Assembly: GCF_006345805.1 (NCBI RefSeq)
Contig: NW_021825821.1
Coordinates: 624,009 to 688,008 of the forward strand
Length of the DNA: 64,000 nt
Origin: Octopus sinensis
Taxonomy: Eukaryota
Reading direction: 5' to 3'
The position numbers and the translations under genes are program-made. This document shows, piece by piece, positions 1 to 12,394 of the stretch; the stretch's first letter is position 1; each line of letters starts with the position of its first letter. The notes under the pieces are model-generated. The model was not told the DNA's origin. It saw nothing but the letters and a program-made list of their open reading frames with translations, and did not search any database.

Positions 1-931
1 AAGGCTTTTAAAAAGTTTAATCTTCTTGATAGTTTAGTTGTAAGATTGTCAATTGGTCCTCAAATTGGTCCATGTAAGAACTGTTTTTTTATTTTAAAGC
101 ATTTTGTTGTCATTAATGAACTCCAGGGATTGCCATGTTTTAGGATTCCACATATCTACAAAAAACCTGAAAAAATAGGGCAATGGCACACGTATAAAAA
201 TATTTTCTTGAAGATAGATATTTAAAAAATAAAAGACTAGTAAAAGCATGATTTCGCAAATAAAATTATTACTACAATTATCAGATTCAGTTTTTGTGCT
301 TTAAAGATGATGAAAACGAATTCAAACAATCAATTAACAAAATAAACCTTGTCAGGTAATCATTTTAATTTCTAAAAGGAGGAGAAAATGTGATCTAATT
401 TTTATATTTAACTGCTGGAATAAAATTGAAAAGATTTTTGATTACCCTTTAAAATGTAATAAACAATGTCGTGAAGTAAACGTTCAATGCGGAAAATGAC
501 AAATTCGTAGACAATATTCGTAAAGAAGATTTATAAAATAATGAAAGTGAAACAATTTTAAGAGAAACGAAGCTTCTTTTTATCAGTCAAAAAAGAATTT
601 TTTTACATATTTCCTCAATTTCTCAAATAATTTTACGATTTTCAAATTAACTTTATAAAAAATGTATAAAGTAAAAGAAACCTCGTGATAAAATAATTCA
701 TTATTTTTTTGAAATTAATTTTTGATTTAAAAACTTCCAATGTTATTCGATTGTTGATGTAAAACATTGACCTAAAATTTATAAAATCAAATGAAAAAAT
801 GATCAAAAAGATTTTTTACTTGAACATTAAATTTTTAGTTAAATTTAAATTATTTTTACTTATTCAAATAGTAGACAAATAATTTAAATTTTAAAAAAAT
901 ATTAAATACCGCACGTTATACATTGTGCTAA

Positions 932-2681
932 ATGGATATAAAGCTGTTTCGAGAAGATTGTGGTGGCAACCCTGATTCTATCAAGAAATGGCAACGTGAT
1001 AGATTCAAAGACGAGTCATTAATCGACGTAGTGGTCACCAATGACAAATTATGGAGAGAAGGTAGACATTCATATCTACTTAAATAAATAATAAATTCAT
1101 ATCTACTAAAGCTCGTCACAAAATCGATCGAATCAACCGGGGAGTGAATTTATGCAGCAAAGGGTTTGCAAAAGCAAGAAAGGTAATAAACAGAAATTAT
1201 ATTTGCAGAACGATTTTTCGTCTGATTGCTCGCTCGACGATTTGTGTTTAAATCTAGTTGATCTTTCTTTGGATGATATATCTGTATGGTCTCAATTTGC
1301 CACGTTTAGGGACTTTCACTTGAAAATATAAAAGAATTGTCTAAAAGGTTGAAAGCTGAGTTGGAAAATTTTGAATCTGCCCTTGTGGAATATGATCGAA
1401 TTAGAAAAGCTGCTTTGTATGAAATTGCGAACGAATTGGACCCACGAGTCGTCATTAGCAACAACGAGGTATAGAATTTATTTATTTTTCAAAAATATAT
1501 AAATCAATAATAAAAATAAAATTATTTTATATTTAGGACAATAATCCCATAATTCGAACAAATGGTGACATAAATGTTGATAAGCCATTATCCCATGTTG
1601 ATCTGCTCGAGATGATTGGAGGCGTGGACTATGAACGAGGGTCTGCCGTGGGCGGAAGTCGATGTTACTATTTGAAGGTTTGTTCATCTTTGATTTATCT
1701 CCCAATTTAGGGCCCAGGGGTGTACTTGGAGTCTGCTTTGGTCCAATATGCTTTATTTTTCCTCCACGACCGTGAATATGAAGTTTTAAAACCCCCATAC
1801 ATGATGAAGAAAGAAATCATGTCAGAAGTCGCCCAACTTAGCCAATTCGACGAGGAATTATATAAAGTATTCCATTTTTCTATTTTTGGTTGTATCATCT
1901 CGAGGAAATGTAGAAAATGGGGACAGTCTGGACCAATCAGACGTGTCTTATCTCATTGCCACATCAGAACAGCCAATTGCTGCCTACCACCGGAAAGAGA
2001 GACTTCCCGTTGACAGTCTTCCCTTGAAATATGCCGGTCTATCGACTTGTTTTCGACAGGAATGTGGCAGTCATGGGCGGGATACGAGAGGGATATTTCG
2101 GGTTCATCAATTCGAGAAGGTTGTGACTGTGTGGGACTGTAGGTCGAGCAATTCTGTTATACGTCCCCACTGGAAGGGGAGTCGAATAAAATGTTTGATA
2201 AAATGATTGAAACGTCTGAAGAGTTTTATAAATCTTTGGGAATTGGATTTCGAGTTGTGAGTATTGTTTCTGGTTGATTTGTTGATGAATTTGTTAGGGG
2301 CTTTGAATAATGCCGCGATTATGAAATATGATTTGGAAGGGTGGTTTCCTGGATCACGGGCATTCAGAGAGTTGGTTTCATGTTCTAATTGTACGGATTA
2401 TCAGTCACGGAGGTTGGACATTCGTTTTGGACTGAGTAAGAATAATGATAAGGTCGCACTATTCGTGATTTTTAGACTTCTTTTGTGCATATGTTGAACA
2501 GTACATTGTGTGCTACTACACGAACCATTTGTGTAATATTGGAAACTTACCAAACGGACGAGGGCATTAACGTTCCTCCAGAATTGTCTCGTTTTATGCC
2601 TCCAAGTTATATTTTGTTTTCATCATTTTAATAGAGTTGAGTAGTTTTATTCCCTTTATCAAGAAGGCGCCTGTAAGTTAA
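932..2681 (+). CDS. SARS1: Cytosolic seryl-tRNA synthetase, multi-exon with micro-introns
   Basis: Spliced translation [100 protein letters not shown]; stop TAA at 2679-2681. Confidence 0.95.
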
Positions 2682-3159
2682 TAAATACATTTCTTTTCTG
2701 TTATTTGGTTTTATTTACTTATTTTATAAAAGGAAATTCTTTGAAATTATAAATTAATCGTTTGTATTAGAAAGTGCAAAAAGGCTTTTCACTATTTTTA
2801 AATTTTTTTTAAAGCTACTGGCTGGGTAAAAAAACTCTGCTGACCAAGACAACATCACTTAAGCCAAGGTTTACTGGGGAAAAATTAACTTTTGAAAATT
2901 TTTGCTAATAATTAAACAGAAACTTGAAATTTTAATTAGTGATTTGAGATGGAGTAATTTCTAAATCTTTACGTTATTGAATTACAATTAAACAACGTTT
3001 AAGATTATCGATTTAAAAAAATTCTAAGAGTACAACGACCAGGCCAGAATCTATTTTAAGAAGAAAAGTATTTAGTTAAATAGAGGGTGTTAGTAGAGGG
3101 TAGCTAAAGTTTTCGACATTCCTGGCTTTTCAGTCCCAAATATAATTTATAATTAGGAC

Positions 3160-3738
3160 AAAATTCTTTGCTGCCGATTTTCAGCTGACTTGAAACCACT
3201 CCTCATATTGCCTGGCGTCAGGCCAAACTTCCTGTGAGTCACGGGGGTCTGGGCCTCCGTTCCAGTCTTGATTTGGCTCTTCTTGCCTTTTTTTCTTCGG
3301 CGTTTGGATTATATCTCCTTGTCCAAAAGATTCTGGAAAATCTACTGAATCGTTGTTGAACTCTGATATTGATTGGGCCCTTGCACTTTGGAAACAAAAT
3401 TTCTCTGAAGTCTTTTCCGATGTCATTTCTTAGCGAGAGTGGGACAAATTCTTTGCCGTCGATCTTCAGCTGACTGGAACCACTCCTCGACCAACACAGA
3501 CTGGCTTGTTTCCGTTCCGCTTGTCAGCCATACTCAGGCTGCTGTCTGAATGTACTTCCTTCTCCGTTGTCCTCGATAGGAATTCACTCCTTTTGGGTAT
3601 CTCCAATCGCCTTGGATTCCCTGTCTGCAGATCTCACCCCTGCCGTTGTGGGGCTAAAGTTGACGCCTTTGGGCTAAATCCTCTGTCTTGTCAAATGAGT
3701 GCCGACCGATTTCCTCGGCACAGTGAAATTAACAATTT
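3160..3738 (+). mobile_element. CRE-type (RLE) non-LTR retrotransposon internal fragment, degenerate
   Basis: Translates to WRQAKLPVSHGGLGLRS and LGFPVCRSHPCRCGAKVD, collinear with the element at 59983-62980; about 45-bp imperfect direct repeat at ~3157-3202 and ~3442-3488. Confidence 0.8.
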
Positions 3739-4620
3739 GAAACACGAACTTTCCTGGTGACAACTTCCCTTTTGATCTTCACCGCGATCGGGTTGTGGTC
3801 ACTTCTGGTTTCATAGAGGACTGACCACTCCGTAGACGATTCGAGGGATGAAGAGCATAGAGTTATATCGGGTGACGTAGGTTTATCAGTCACTCTGAAT
3901 GGAGTCTTTGTGTTCCTCGAAAAATCGTTCAAAATTGTTAAGGAGTCCGATTGGGAAAGTAAAGATTTCCCTCTCGTATCCGCCGACTGAGTTGACAGCC
4001 AAAGCGGGCGTTTCGCATTGAGGTCCCTGCATAAGATGACCCCGTCGATGTGTGCCAGATTAGAGAGAGTTGGGGGGGCTATAGCTCCTTGGACAAGAAC
4101 TGGGAGGTGGAGTGCACATATTGACAAGCCATAATCGTCCCTTTATTGTGCCAAGCGAGATCCCGATTAACTCAGAAACCTCATCAGCTTTGATAAGGTT
4201 TCTCACTTCAGCGGAGAAGTCTGTGAATTTCAGGTTGTTTCTGATTAAAGTGAGCAGATCACCGCCTCCTTTTGCTTTCCGGTCCAGCTTGATAATCTTT
4301 TAGCCCGGAAATAAAGGCGTGTGATTATTAGGAGCTAATTTGTTTTCTTAAATCATAGCCACGTTAATTCTCAGGTTAGTCAGGAGTGTGCGGAGTTCTC
4401 TGATCTTCCCTTTGATCCCGTTGATGTTTAGTTGGAAAGCCATAAAGAGTTTTCTACTTTTGCGGGCTGCGGATGTCCTCCGGGAGAAATCGGTCTTAAG
4501 TAGAGTGCGTTGTCCTGACAAGAAATGTCGCCAGGGGACAAGTTTTAATGATTTTTTTCCAGTGAGAATTAGGTGCCCCAAAAAAATAAAAAACTTACTC
4601 AATTTTAAAAACTGATTCTC
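3739..4620 (-). mobile_element. APE-type LINE 5' fragment (endonuclease), inactivated
   Basis: FQLNINGIKGKI..INVAMI*E, ILCRDLN, SPDITL, RSDHNPI motifs; inverted near-copy at ~36340-37218. Confidence 0.8.
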
Positions 4621-4818
4621 ACAGTTTATTAATTTTTTTACTACTTCTTTAATCTTTGTCTTTTATTTTGCATACGAACGTACAGAATTTCTTCATTCTT
4701 CCTGCTTTCTGTGCTTTCTAAGACTTTGTCTATAACTTGTTCTATCAAAACTGTCAGATTATAAAAAAACAGTTTTATCAAAATTAAAAATTAGTACATC
4801 TGTTTATTGACACCTTTA

Positions 4819-5550
4819 GGTCTCGAATTAATTCCTGTTTAATGTCGCACGATGTCAGCGCGGCTGTTTGTCTCCTGTCATCTTCCGATTCTGTCCGTAC
4901 AATCACAACCGATGTTGCTCGGATTCTCAAGGAAAAGCACCCTATTGGAAAACCAATAACCTTTGATATGGCGTATTCCTCCTGTTTTCAGACCTCACCC
5001 CTGCCGTTGTGGGGCTAAAGTTGACGTCTTTGGGCTACATCCTCTGTCTTGTCAAATGAGTGCGGACCGATTTTCTCGGCACAGTGAAATTAACAATTTA
5101 ATTCACAAAGCTCTGGAAAGAGCTGATTTCCCTTCAGTTCTGGAACCGACGGGTCTTGTCCCTGAAGATGCAAAACGTCCAGACGGCTGTACGGTTTTCG
5201 CCTTTGAATCCGGGAAGCAGGTTGTTTGGGACGTCACCTGTGCCGACTCTCTCGCCAAACGAGCCTTGAATTCCACGGCTTGTCGACCCTGTTCGTCAGC
5301 CGAGAAGCCCGAATTGAGGAAATACAGAGATTTACGCGATCGATTTTGCTTTTGGGCAATTGCCGTCGTGACTTCCTGTGTTTTTGGCGCCAAGACGCTT
5401 GCTCATCTTAAGAAACTTGGCCGTCTGTGCACCCATCGCTCCAGAGATCCCAGGGAATTTATATTCCCTATTCAAAGGATCTTGCTGGCTGTTTTAGGCG
5501 GGAATTGTCTCTCAATTCTGCGAGCCGGTACTTAATAGCTAGATTTTTTT
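4819..5550 (+). mobile_element. Internally deleted CRE derivative: pre-RT region fused to zinc knuckle and RLE, RT absent
   Basis: DVSAAVCLLSSSDSV..LKEKHP joined directly to HPCRCG..RHSEIN..KRPDG..WDVTC..AV(V)TS; ends taatagctagattttttt. Confidence 0.85.
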
Positions 5551-5666
5551 AATTGTTTTCGTGCAAAAAAATTTTTAATTTGTAGAATTACAAATAGATT
5601 AGTTTTTTAATTAAACTAACACAGTCAGTTATCAAATTAATTATAAAAGTTTAGAAAATTTATACG

Positions 5667-6936
5667 TTATTTTTTTCCAAAAAAATATATAACAGCTATA
5701 AAACTGAGAATTGAAAACATCCAAATGAGTCCATTGTATAAAATCTAGAACAAATAAAAAACAATACTACATCATATGAATAGAATAGGTTGTTTCGAAT
5801 TATAACTTTCGAATTCTATATTTGAATGTATAATAATTTACCATGCATTTTTTATTTTCATTAACGAAACTTTTTTTAAATACAAATTTGGTAAACCCGG
5901 TGATATTACACGGGTTTGGACATTCTAAAAGTAAAAAATGTAATTCCAACGATAAATTGAAATTGGCTCAAGTCTGGAATCAGTATCATAAAACAGTTTT
6001 ACAGACCATATATTGTTTAAAACGTGCAATTCGAAAAACAAAGTCATGGGATATTCGGGATTAATTTTTTTTAATATATCAAATTCTGCATACAACGATG
6101 ACAACATCACATCAGTCTGAAAATTTACGATAAATATATCAAACTCCTTGGTATATTTTAATTTTTCGTGTTTTATGAATTTTTCCCATTAAAATTTCAA
6201 ATTTCATTAGATTAAGAACACGCTTTAATATACCTACAATATATTAGATTTATTTATTTAAATAAATAAAGTTTCGTTAAAATTAACTTCCTCCGACAAA
6301 TTTTTTGATAAAGTTATTTTCGTTTTCAAGTCTATATTGCAACAACTTAAATTGTTTCATGATGTCGAAAGATATTGGACTTATTTTCCAAGGTATTGTC
6401 TCGTTTAGATATTTCTTTAAAAATATTTTTTTATTTTAATAAATACACGACAAACAATTTCATCAAATATCTTATTGAATTCTGGAAATTTATTATACAT
6501 CTTATATCCTGAAATATTGGAAATTTTATTTAAAAATATCTATTCATTATCATAAATAAATACTTTATTTACTTTATTTAATTTTTTATATAGTCCAGTT
6601 TTTTTTTGATTATATAAAGCCAAGTTATATTCCATACACTTTTTCATAATCAATTCCTAAACAATTATAGATTAAATAATATAACTTTTGAAATGGTACA
6701 CTTAGGTAATGAAAAATTTAAATAATTCTGATAAAGATATTCTTTTGGACAATAAACTTTCTATTAAAAAATTAATATTAAAGAATTACATGATTATTAC
6801 TTTTAAATTTTGAACATTCATTTAAATCATGATAAATCTATATAATTTATGAAAAATAAATTACTATAATTAAACTTTTAAGAGTTTGAATTGATTTGTT
6901 AAATAAAATTGATGTAAAGATGAAAATGTATATCAT
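5667..6936 (-). CDS. Histidine acid phosphatase-like (ACP2/ACP3 family) type I membrane protein with degenerate active site
   Basis: The frame closes across eight GT-AG introns. Hydrophobic N-terminus MIYIFIFTSILF; DEIVCRKYLNETIPW, GGSILKRVLNLM, PEYPMTLFFELH, QCPNPCNITGF, KKCM; C-terminal TM helix then GKK-stop. Family call is by eye. Confidence 0.7.
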
Positions 6937-7424
6937 TTTGATTTATGTATGAATCCAAACTATAGTTTATCCGTATAAAAATGCAAAAAAATTATTCTAA
7001 TATAACGTGCTTCTACGTCATCACAATTATAAAATAAACTTTTACAAAAAACAATTTTAATTTTTTAATGGTGTGCAAATTAGGTTAAAACTTTTCTAAA
7101 GTTAAAATTTGTTTATTTAAATTGTAAAATCTTAACAAAAATAATTCTTCTTAATTTTATAAGAAATGAAATGACAGTAATTAACACTATATGAAATTAT
7201 AAAATTAGTAATTTATAAAGAATTGGTAAATTAAAAATGATTAAAAACATTATATCAATTCTATCAAAAATTAAAGTGCATGTTTGCATGTATTATGTAG
7301 TTTTTATGTCCATCTTAAATTGGTTAAACGAACGTAAGCCATGGGGCCATCAGTAGAAAATTATGCGTAAATTACGTTTATTGGTTCAAATAAAAAATGC
7401 AATAAAAATTAAAAAAAAAACTGT

Positions 7425-7466
7425 AAAAAAGATTTTCAGTTGTTGAAAAAAGATTTTCAGTTGTTG
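7425..7466 (+). repeat. Perfect tandem duplication of a 21-mer at the 5' junction of the R4-like element
   Basis: aaaaaagattttcagttgttg twice in tandem. Confidence 0.85.
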
Positions 7467-10262
7467 TGGTGTGTGCATGTACGTTTCCAAGCAGTTAAGG
7501 AAAACGAAACCTACGGGCCTTCCTGCAAATAAAAAGAACTTAAAAAAGACAGGACCGTCGCCTATGGGACCTCACAATGCCACAAGAGCTAATGGTGTTA
7601 AAGAAGATCTTGTTGGTGATGCTGCCAAAACTAACTTGCATTCTCTTTCTGCGATCATCGGAAATGTCAATGGTGTCTCTGAAGGCGAATGGGTGTCTCA
7701 GATTGCCCTTGCCGCGAAGCAAAGACTTGGAAGGATGCCAAGAGGTGGTTGGAACCTTGTCCTGGAGAAGTTCAATGAGAAGTACTCGACAAAGTGCTCC
7801 AGTTTATGCCAACTAAAGAGCATGGCTAGACGGAATAACAATGTGCAAGGGAGATGCGACTCTTCCAGAGTGCAAGATGATGTGGACGTGGAAATTTCCA
7901 GTTTCAGAAATTGCCTAGAGGAACTCAAATTCCAAATTGGGAAAGTTCAGTCTATTCAGAGAGACTCTCGAAAGCCAACTCCAAAGGTGCAACGAAGGAT
8001 GGTAAAAACTGATATCCTGGCTGGATTAAATTCTGCAATTTATCATATTACAAAAGATGATCCGCCCCAAGATATTAATCAAATTACCGATATTCTATAT
8101 GCTGCACAGTGTGCTTATTTGGCCTTAACTACGAGAGCCAGACCACAGAGCACATGGTTGGAAAACACGGAAAGAAAAATCTCTAAATTAGCAGATGAAA
8201 TTGACACAGTTCGTTCCTTCTCCAAACAAACCTTGCCTCAGGCAGAAAAGCAAAAGGCAATGGATGTTCTCTGCCGCTACGGATATAAGAAGTCTAAGAA
8301 GGGGGAGCTAACCAGAATTGAGACTCTATTGAATGATCTAATTAGAATCAAAAAGAAACAGATATCTATCCATTCCTCGAGGAAAAATTCCGGAAAGACA
8401 ATGCGTGTTTTGAATTAAACCGCAGAAGATTTTATCGAAACTTATCTCCGAGCAACGAAGCCACCCTGTATGGGTTTGGTGATGGTGAGTGCTTATCATT
8501 TTGGGAAGATGTCTGGAGCAAGAAAAATATGGGGCCCGTAGTTTATGATTTTGTGGGTGTGAGGTGTACTGGCGGTGAAACCATGCGACCTCAATTCACA
8601 AGTGATTTTATTATGGATATGCTCAAATATGCACCTGACTGGAAGGCATGCGGATGCGACGGAACGTATAACTTTTTCTTAAAGAAGATGGATTCTTTGC
8701 ATGGGTTTCTGTGTAAAGAGATAGTCCGAATAATTAATGGAGAGTACACGCCTGATAGCTGGTTTTACACTGGCGTAACTTACTTGATCCCTAAAAAAAG
8801 TGAGTGTGAGACCCCGAAGGACTTACGCCCTATAACGTGTATGCCAACTTTGTATAAACTTGTCACCAAATGTGTTAATGCCAAACTGGCCGATTTCATC
8901 GAGGCATTTGGCTTAATCTCAGATAATCAGCTTGGGACGAGGAAGCAATGTCAAGGCGCCAAAGAGCAAGCCCTCATTAACCAATGCTTAAATAAGGAGT
9001 ATGGAAATGGCCTCTATTCTGCTTGGGTCGATGTGAAGAAGGCATTTGACTCAGTTGATCACGAGTTCTTGTTCCACGTATTGGATTGCTCTGGAATACC
9101 ACATTGGATTGTCAGCTTTGTAAAGAACATAGTCAAGAAGTGGACAGTAAACTTACATATCGATGGGAAAAGAATTGGGAAAGTAAAGTTAAGCCGGGGA
9201 ATACTCCAAGGAGATGCATTGTCCCCGCTGCTATTCGTTATGGCGATGGATCCCCTAAGCAGGATGCTTAACTCCATGTTTCCCAAACTCGAAATTAGTC
9301 GGGAAGATCCCAATATGTTGACATACTCCACCAATCATTTCTTCTTTATTGACGATCTGAAAATAGTTGCCCTCAAAGAAGATGTGTTAGTCAAATGATG
9401 GAGGCTGTTAATGGATTTTTTGAAAGTGTCGGCCTAGAGATGAATTCCGAAAAATCAGCATCTAATGTGGAATCTTTATCATGTTGTGAGACTGTCGATG
9501 GAATCAACGGATATCGCTACTTGGGTGTACTTGAAGATGGCGGAAGTAATGTTCTCAAGATAAAGTTATGGACTCCATATTGGAGAATGTCAAGAAGAGG
9601 ATAAATATGTTGTCAAAAACAAACCTGAATGCTGTAAATTTGTTTCGTGGAATCAATGAATATGCATTATCCCTATATAATTATTATATTGGGCTAATCA
9701 ATATTGAACCTTACGAATTTGATGAGATTGACCAACAAATACGCCGATTACTTACGACTCTCAAGTTACACCTCCAGCCTGCAAATAAGGAGAGGTTGTA
9801 TTTGGACCGCAAGACCCTTGGAAGAGGACTTGCCTCAATTTCTTTCAAAAGCGAATTAATGCTCTTCCAGTTTCTTAAAAGTTTGGAAAAACAGTCGACT
9901 ACCTGTCTGCGGAGGTCGGGTATTCTGCGAGTAATAAAAGGAAAAAAATGGCACTTAGCCACAATCGCAGAATTTCTTGTCTCCAAATATGCAGCTGTCG
10001 GCAGGGAAAATCTGACCATTGAGTTACTGAAGGACGCACAAAGAAACTCTTGCTTAACCGAATTAACAGTAAATCACTACACTCGGTGATGTTCAAATGT
10101 ATGGAGGAATCAGATGTCGACATATCTACTTCTTCGCAATGGCTATCGAAAGGGAACAATGGTCCACGAAGCGAAGCATTGTACTGTCTTTTGCAAGATA
10201 GGAATTTGTTCTTTGCATACACGGGATCACTATGCGTCCACTGCAAAAAAAGCAGGCAGCTA
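7467..10262 (+). mobile_element. R4/Dong-like RLE-class non-LTR retrotransposon, frameshifted and 3'-truncated
   Basis: ORFs 7471-8418, 8529-9398, 9568-10089, 10050-10337: LRPITCMPTLYK, WVDVKKAFDSV, GILQGDALSPLLF, FFIDDLK, YRYLG, RLYLDRKTLGRGL; stops at the CVHC knuckle before the RLE. Confidence 0.85.
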
Positions 10263-10299
10263 AAAATAAACACGGTTTTTATTGATACTCTTTTAAACT

Positions 10300-10925
10300 C
10301 ACGTCAATGCAAAAACGGCCCAGGAGTCTGCATCTAATTCTTTCTAAAAAGGTCGAAACTATTTGGGAAAAGACCAGTAGGGTAGGCTTTATTTAAGACG
10401 ATGTTCTAACACAAGAATCGGCAGGATTTTTGTCTTCGCGGGCCACAAATTTTATTTTTGTATGCGATTCGGGCTAAAGAGGAAACAATCCTCATCGGTC
10501 CCAAAAATATGGATATACGAGAATCTTCTTGGCTGAGACAGAGGATCTCGTTTCGCTTGGAATCGTGAGCGATAACGCACAAACTATCTGTTTGCTGATA
10601 GGAAGTATTCTTCCATGGTCACGTAGGGAGGTGAAGATGGATCCATCCTTAAGATGTGTCCAAATAGCCTCCAACGTCCATTGACGATGTTCCGGGTAAT
10701 TGGCCCCGAGTTGCTGATCTTGTAAATAGTCAAGTTGCTTATTTTCTTCGGCCAGTGTAGCCAGTTCAGGGAACGAAGCTGGTTTCTGTGGAAAGAGTCG
10801 AGGTTCTTTAATCTGAATCAAAAATGCCCCATGTTGAGGAGTTGTAGAGTAGTACAGGTTTGACGAAAGCGTTGTAGACTTTAGAGCGTAGGGATGGGCC
10901 CATTGGGTAGTGTCGTAAACAATCT
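10300..10925 (-). mobile_element. RTE/L2-like LINE 3' fragment
   Basis: Alternative frame of ORF 10492-10821 reads KVYNAFVKPVLLYNSSTW..LDSFHRNQLR..WPKKISN..RWRLFGHILR. Confidence 0.6.
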
Positions 10926-11040
10926 TATCGGAATGATATTTTAATTAATTTAATATTTTATTGTTATTTTAAATTAATATTTTTATTAGGCGCTACTTCA
11001 AATTGTTGTTGTTGTATCTTTAATATTTTATTTAATCAGA

Positions 11041-11304
11041 ATGCCAAGAAAAAAAATAGACGACAAAACTTCTTTCCTACTCCGAAAATTACCCTTTTCT
11101 CGTGTCGTTCGAGATGCCGCACTGAGTTTCCATTCACATAGTGCAATACGATTTCAATCTACCGCTATCCTGTGCTTACAGGAAGCCACCGAGTCATATC
11201 TCATTTCCATCTTCGAGGACGCCTATATGTGTGCAAGACATGCCAAACGAGTCACACTATACGTCTCAGATATGATGCTTGCTGCACGTGTGAGGGGAAA
11301 ATGA
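11041..11304 (+). CDS. CENPA: Divergent histone H3-fold protein, CenH3/CENP-A-like, with no apparent N-terminal tail
   Basis: LLRKLPFSRVVRD..RFQS..LQEATESYL..FEDAYMCARHAKRVTL; Q68 to S, T107 to A (DAY), loop 1 two residues longer than canonical H3. Confidence 0.65.
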   Translation: MPRKKIDDKTSFLLRKLPFSRVVRDAALSFHSHSAIRFQSTAILCLQEATESYLISIFEDAYMCARHAKRVTLYVSDMMLAARVRGK

Positions 11305-11539
11305 TTGGTTTTAATTTTTAATAATTATACTGTCTTTTTCGTATCCTATATTTTACCAAACTCATTTTTGGGTGTAAAAACTGAATTTAGCTTGATTTGC
11401 TGATTTTTTGTTGGTTAGCATACATGAGGGAAAAAAGCACAAAATAAATGTTTCTTGTGTCCTTTTTTACAAATAGTAAAAATAATGAGATTTATTCTGG
11501 TCTAAAGTTAAAAAGGGGCTTTTGGAATCACAAAAAAAA

Positions 11540-12394
11540 TTAGACGTTCAAAATTAAAATATCTTCATCTGTAGAAGTGTGCTGTCGAGCGGCATTAAAA
11601 ACCGCAAATGGAATAGAAATGAATCCTATAAACAATCTAAATTATATAATACCATCAGAAGGGTCCAAACAAAATAAGATCTCAGCATTAATATCAAATC
11701 CACAAACAATAATAAAATGGCCTTTAAAATACACAAATTCAAACATACCGATATATTCTTCATTACAGCTATAAATATTCTAAACTAAATAAAATGACAT
11801 TTATTCACCATATTTCCATATTTAAGTGAAATTTTGTTGACAAGAATAATCAAAATTTTATCACAAGACAAATTTTCGAGAATATCAGTAATTTTTAAAT
11901 GTCTATTAATTAAATAATTTAATAATCACTTTACGAAAATAGAAATACCCATAGCAAGTGCTTTCTCAAAACATGAAGAAATATAACTTTCATCTTCGTA
12001 TATAGTATCAACATAATATTTCTTCAAGATATAAAAATATTAAATAAATTAACGTTTTTTTTATGTGACATATTTACAAAAGGACATAAAGTATAAAAAG
12101 TGACGTCAATTTCGCCTTTTTTAAGTAAATATGCAAGTTCTATTGTCCAAATAGGCCTAATGCACGAAAAATGTTTTCAGTTAAATGAACCTTTTTTTAT
12201 ATGTTTTATAATAGTCTTCTAAATAGATCAAAGGCTTGTTATAATGTCTATTTATATAATTTCGAAAAATACTGTAAGACCATTGATACACAAGATAAAC
12301 CGCAGTCGTAGTCACTTCGCTGAGGAAAAAATTTAATTTTGATCAAATAAAAGTTAATTTTCTTTTTAAATACATCAGAAGAATTAGCGCACAT
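11540..12394 (-). CDS. GUCD1: GUCD1-like protein (C39-like fold), multi-exon; missed by the ORF track
   Basis: Spliced translation QRSDYDCGLSCVSMVL, IWTIELAYLL, YIGHFIIVCGFD, AARQHTSTDEDILIL-stop; start codon position uncertain. Confidence 0.85.

Noticed and set aside
1-900. Possible AT-rich micro-intron gene at the left edge (similar candidates at ~29900-30400, ~48260-48560 and ~52700-53300)
   Set aside because: Exon-like patches exist, but I could not close a reading frame or recognise a family; needs RNA-seq
5892-5916. GC-rich hairpin aaacccggtg..cacgggttt as a Helitron end or terminator
   Set aside because: It lies inside a coding exon of the minus-strand phosphatase-like gene (PNPCNITGF)
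10492-10821. 109-aa ORF as a novel gene
   Set aside because: An alternative frame of a decayed LINE C-terminus
11577-11774. Plus-strand ORF as a gene
   Set aside because: Antisense shadow of GUCD1 exons
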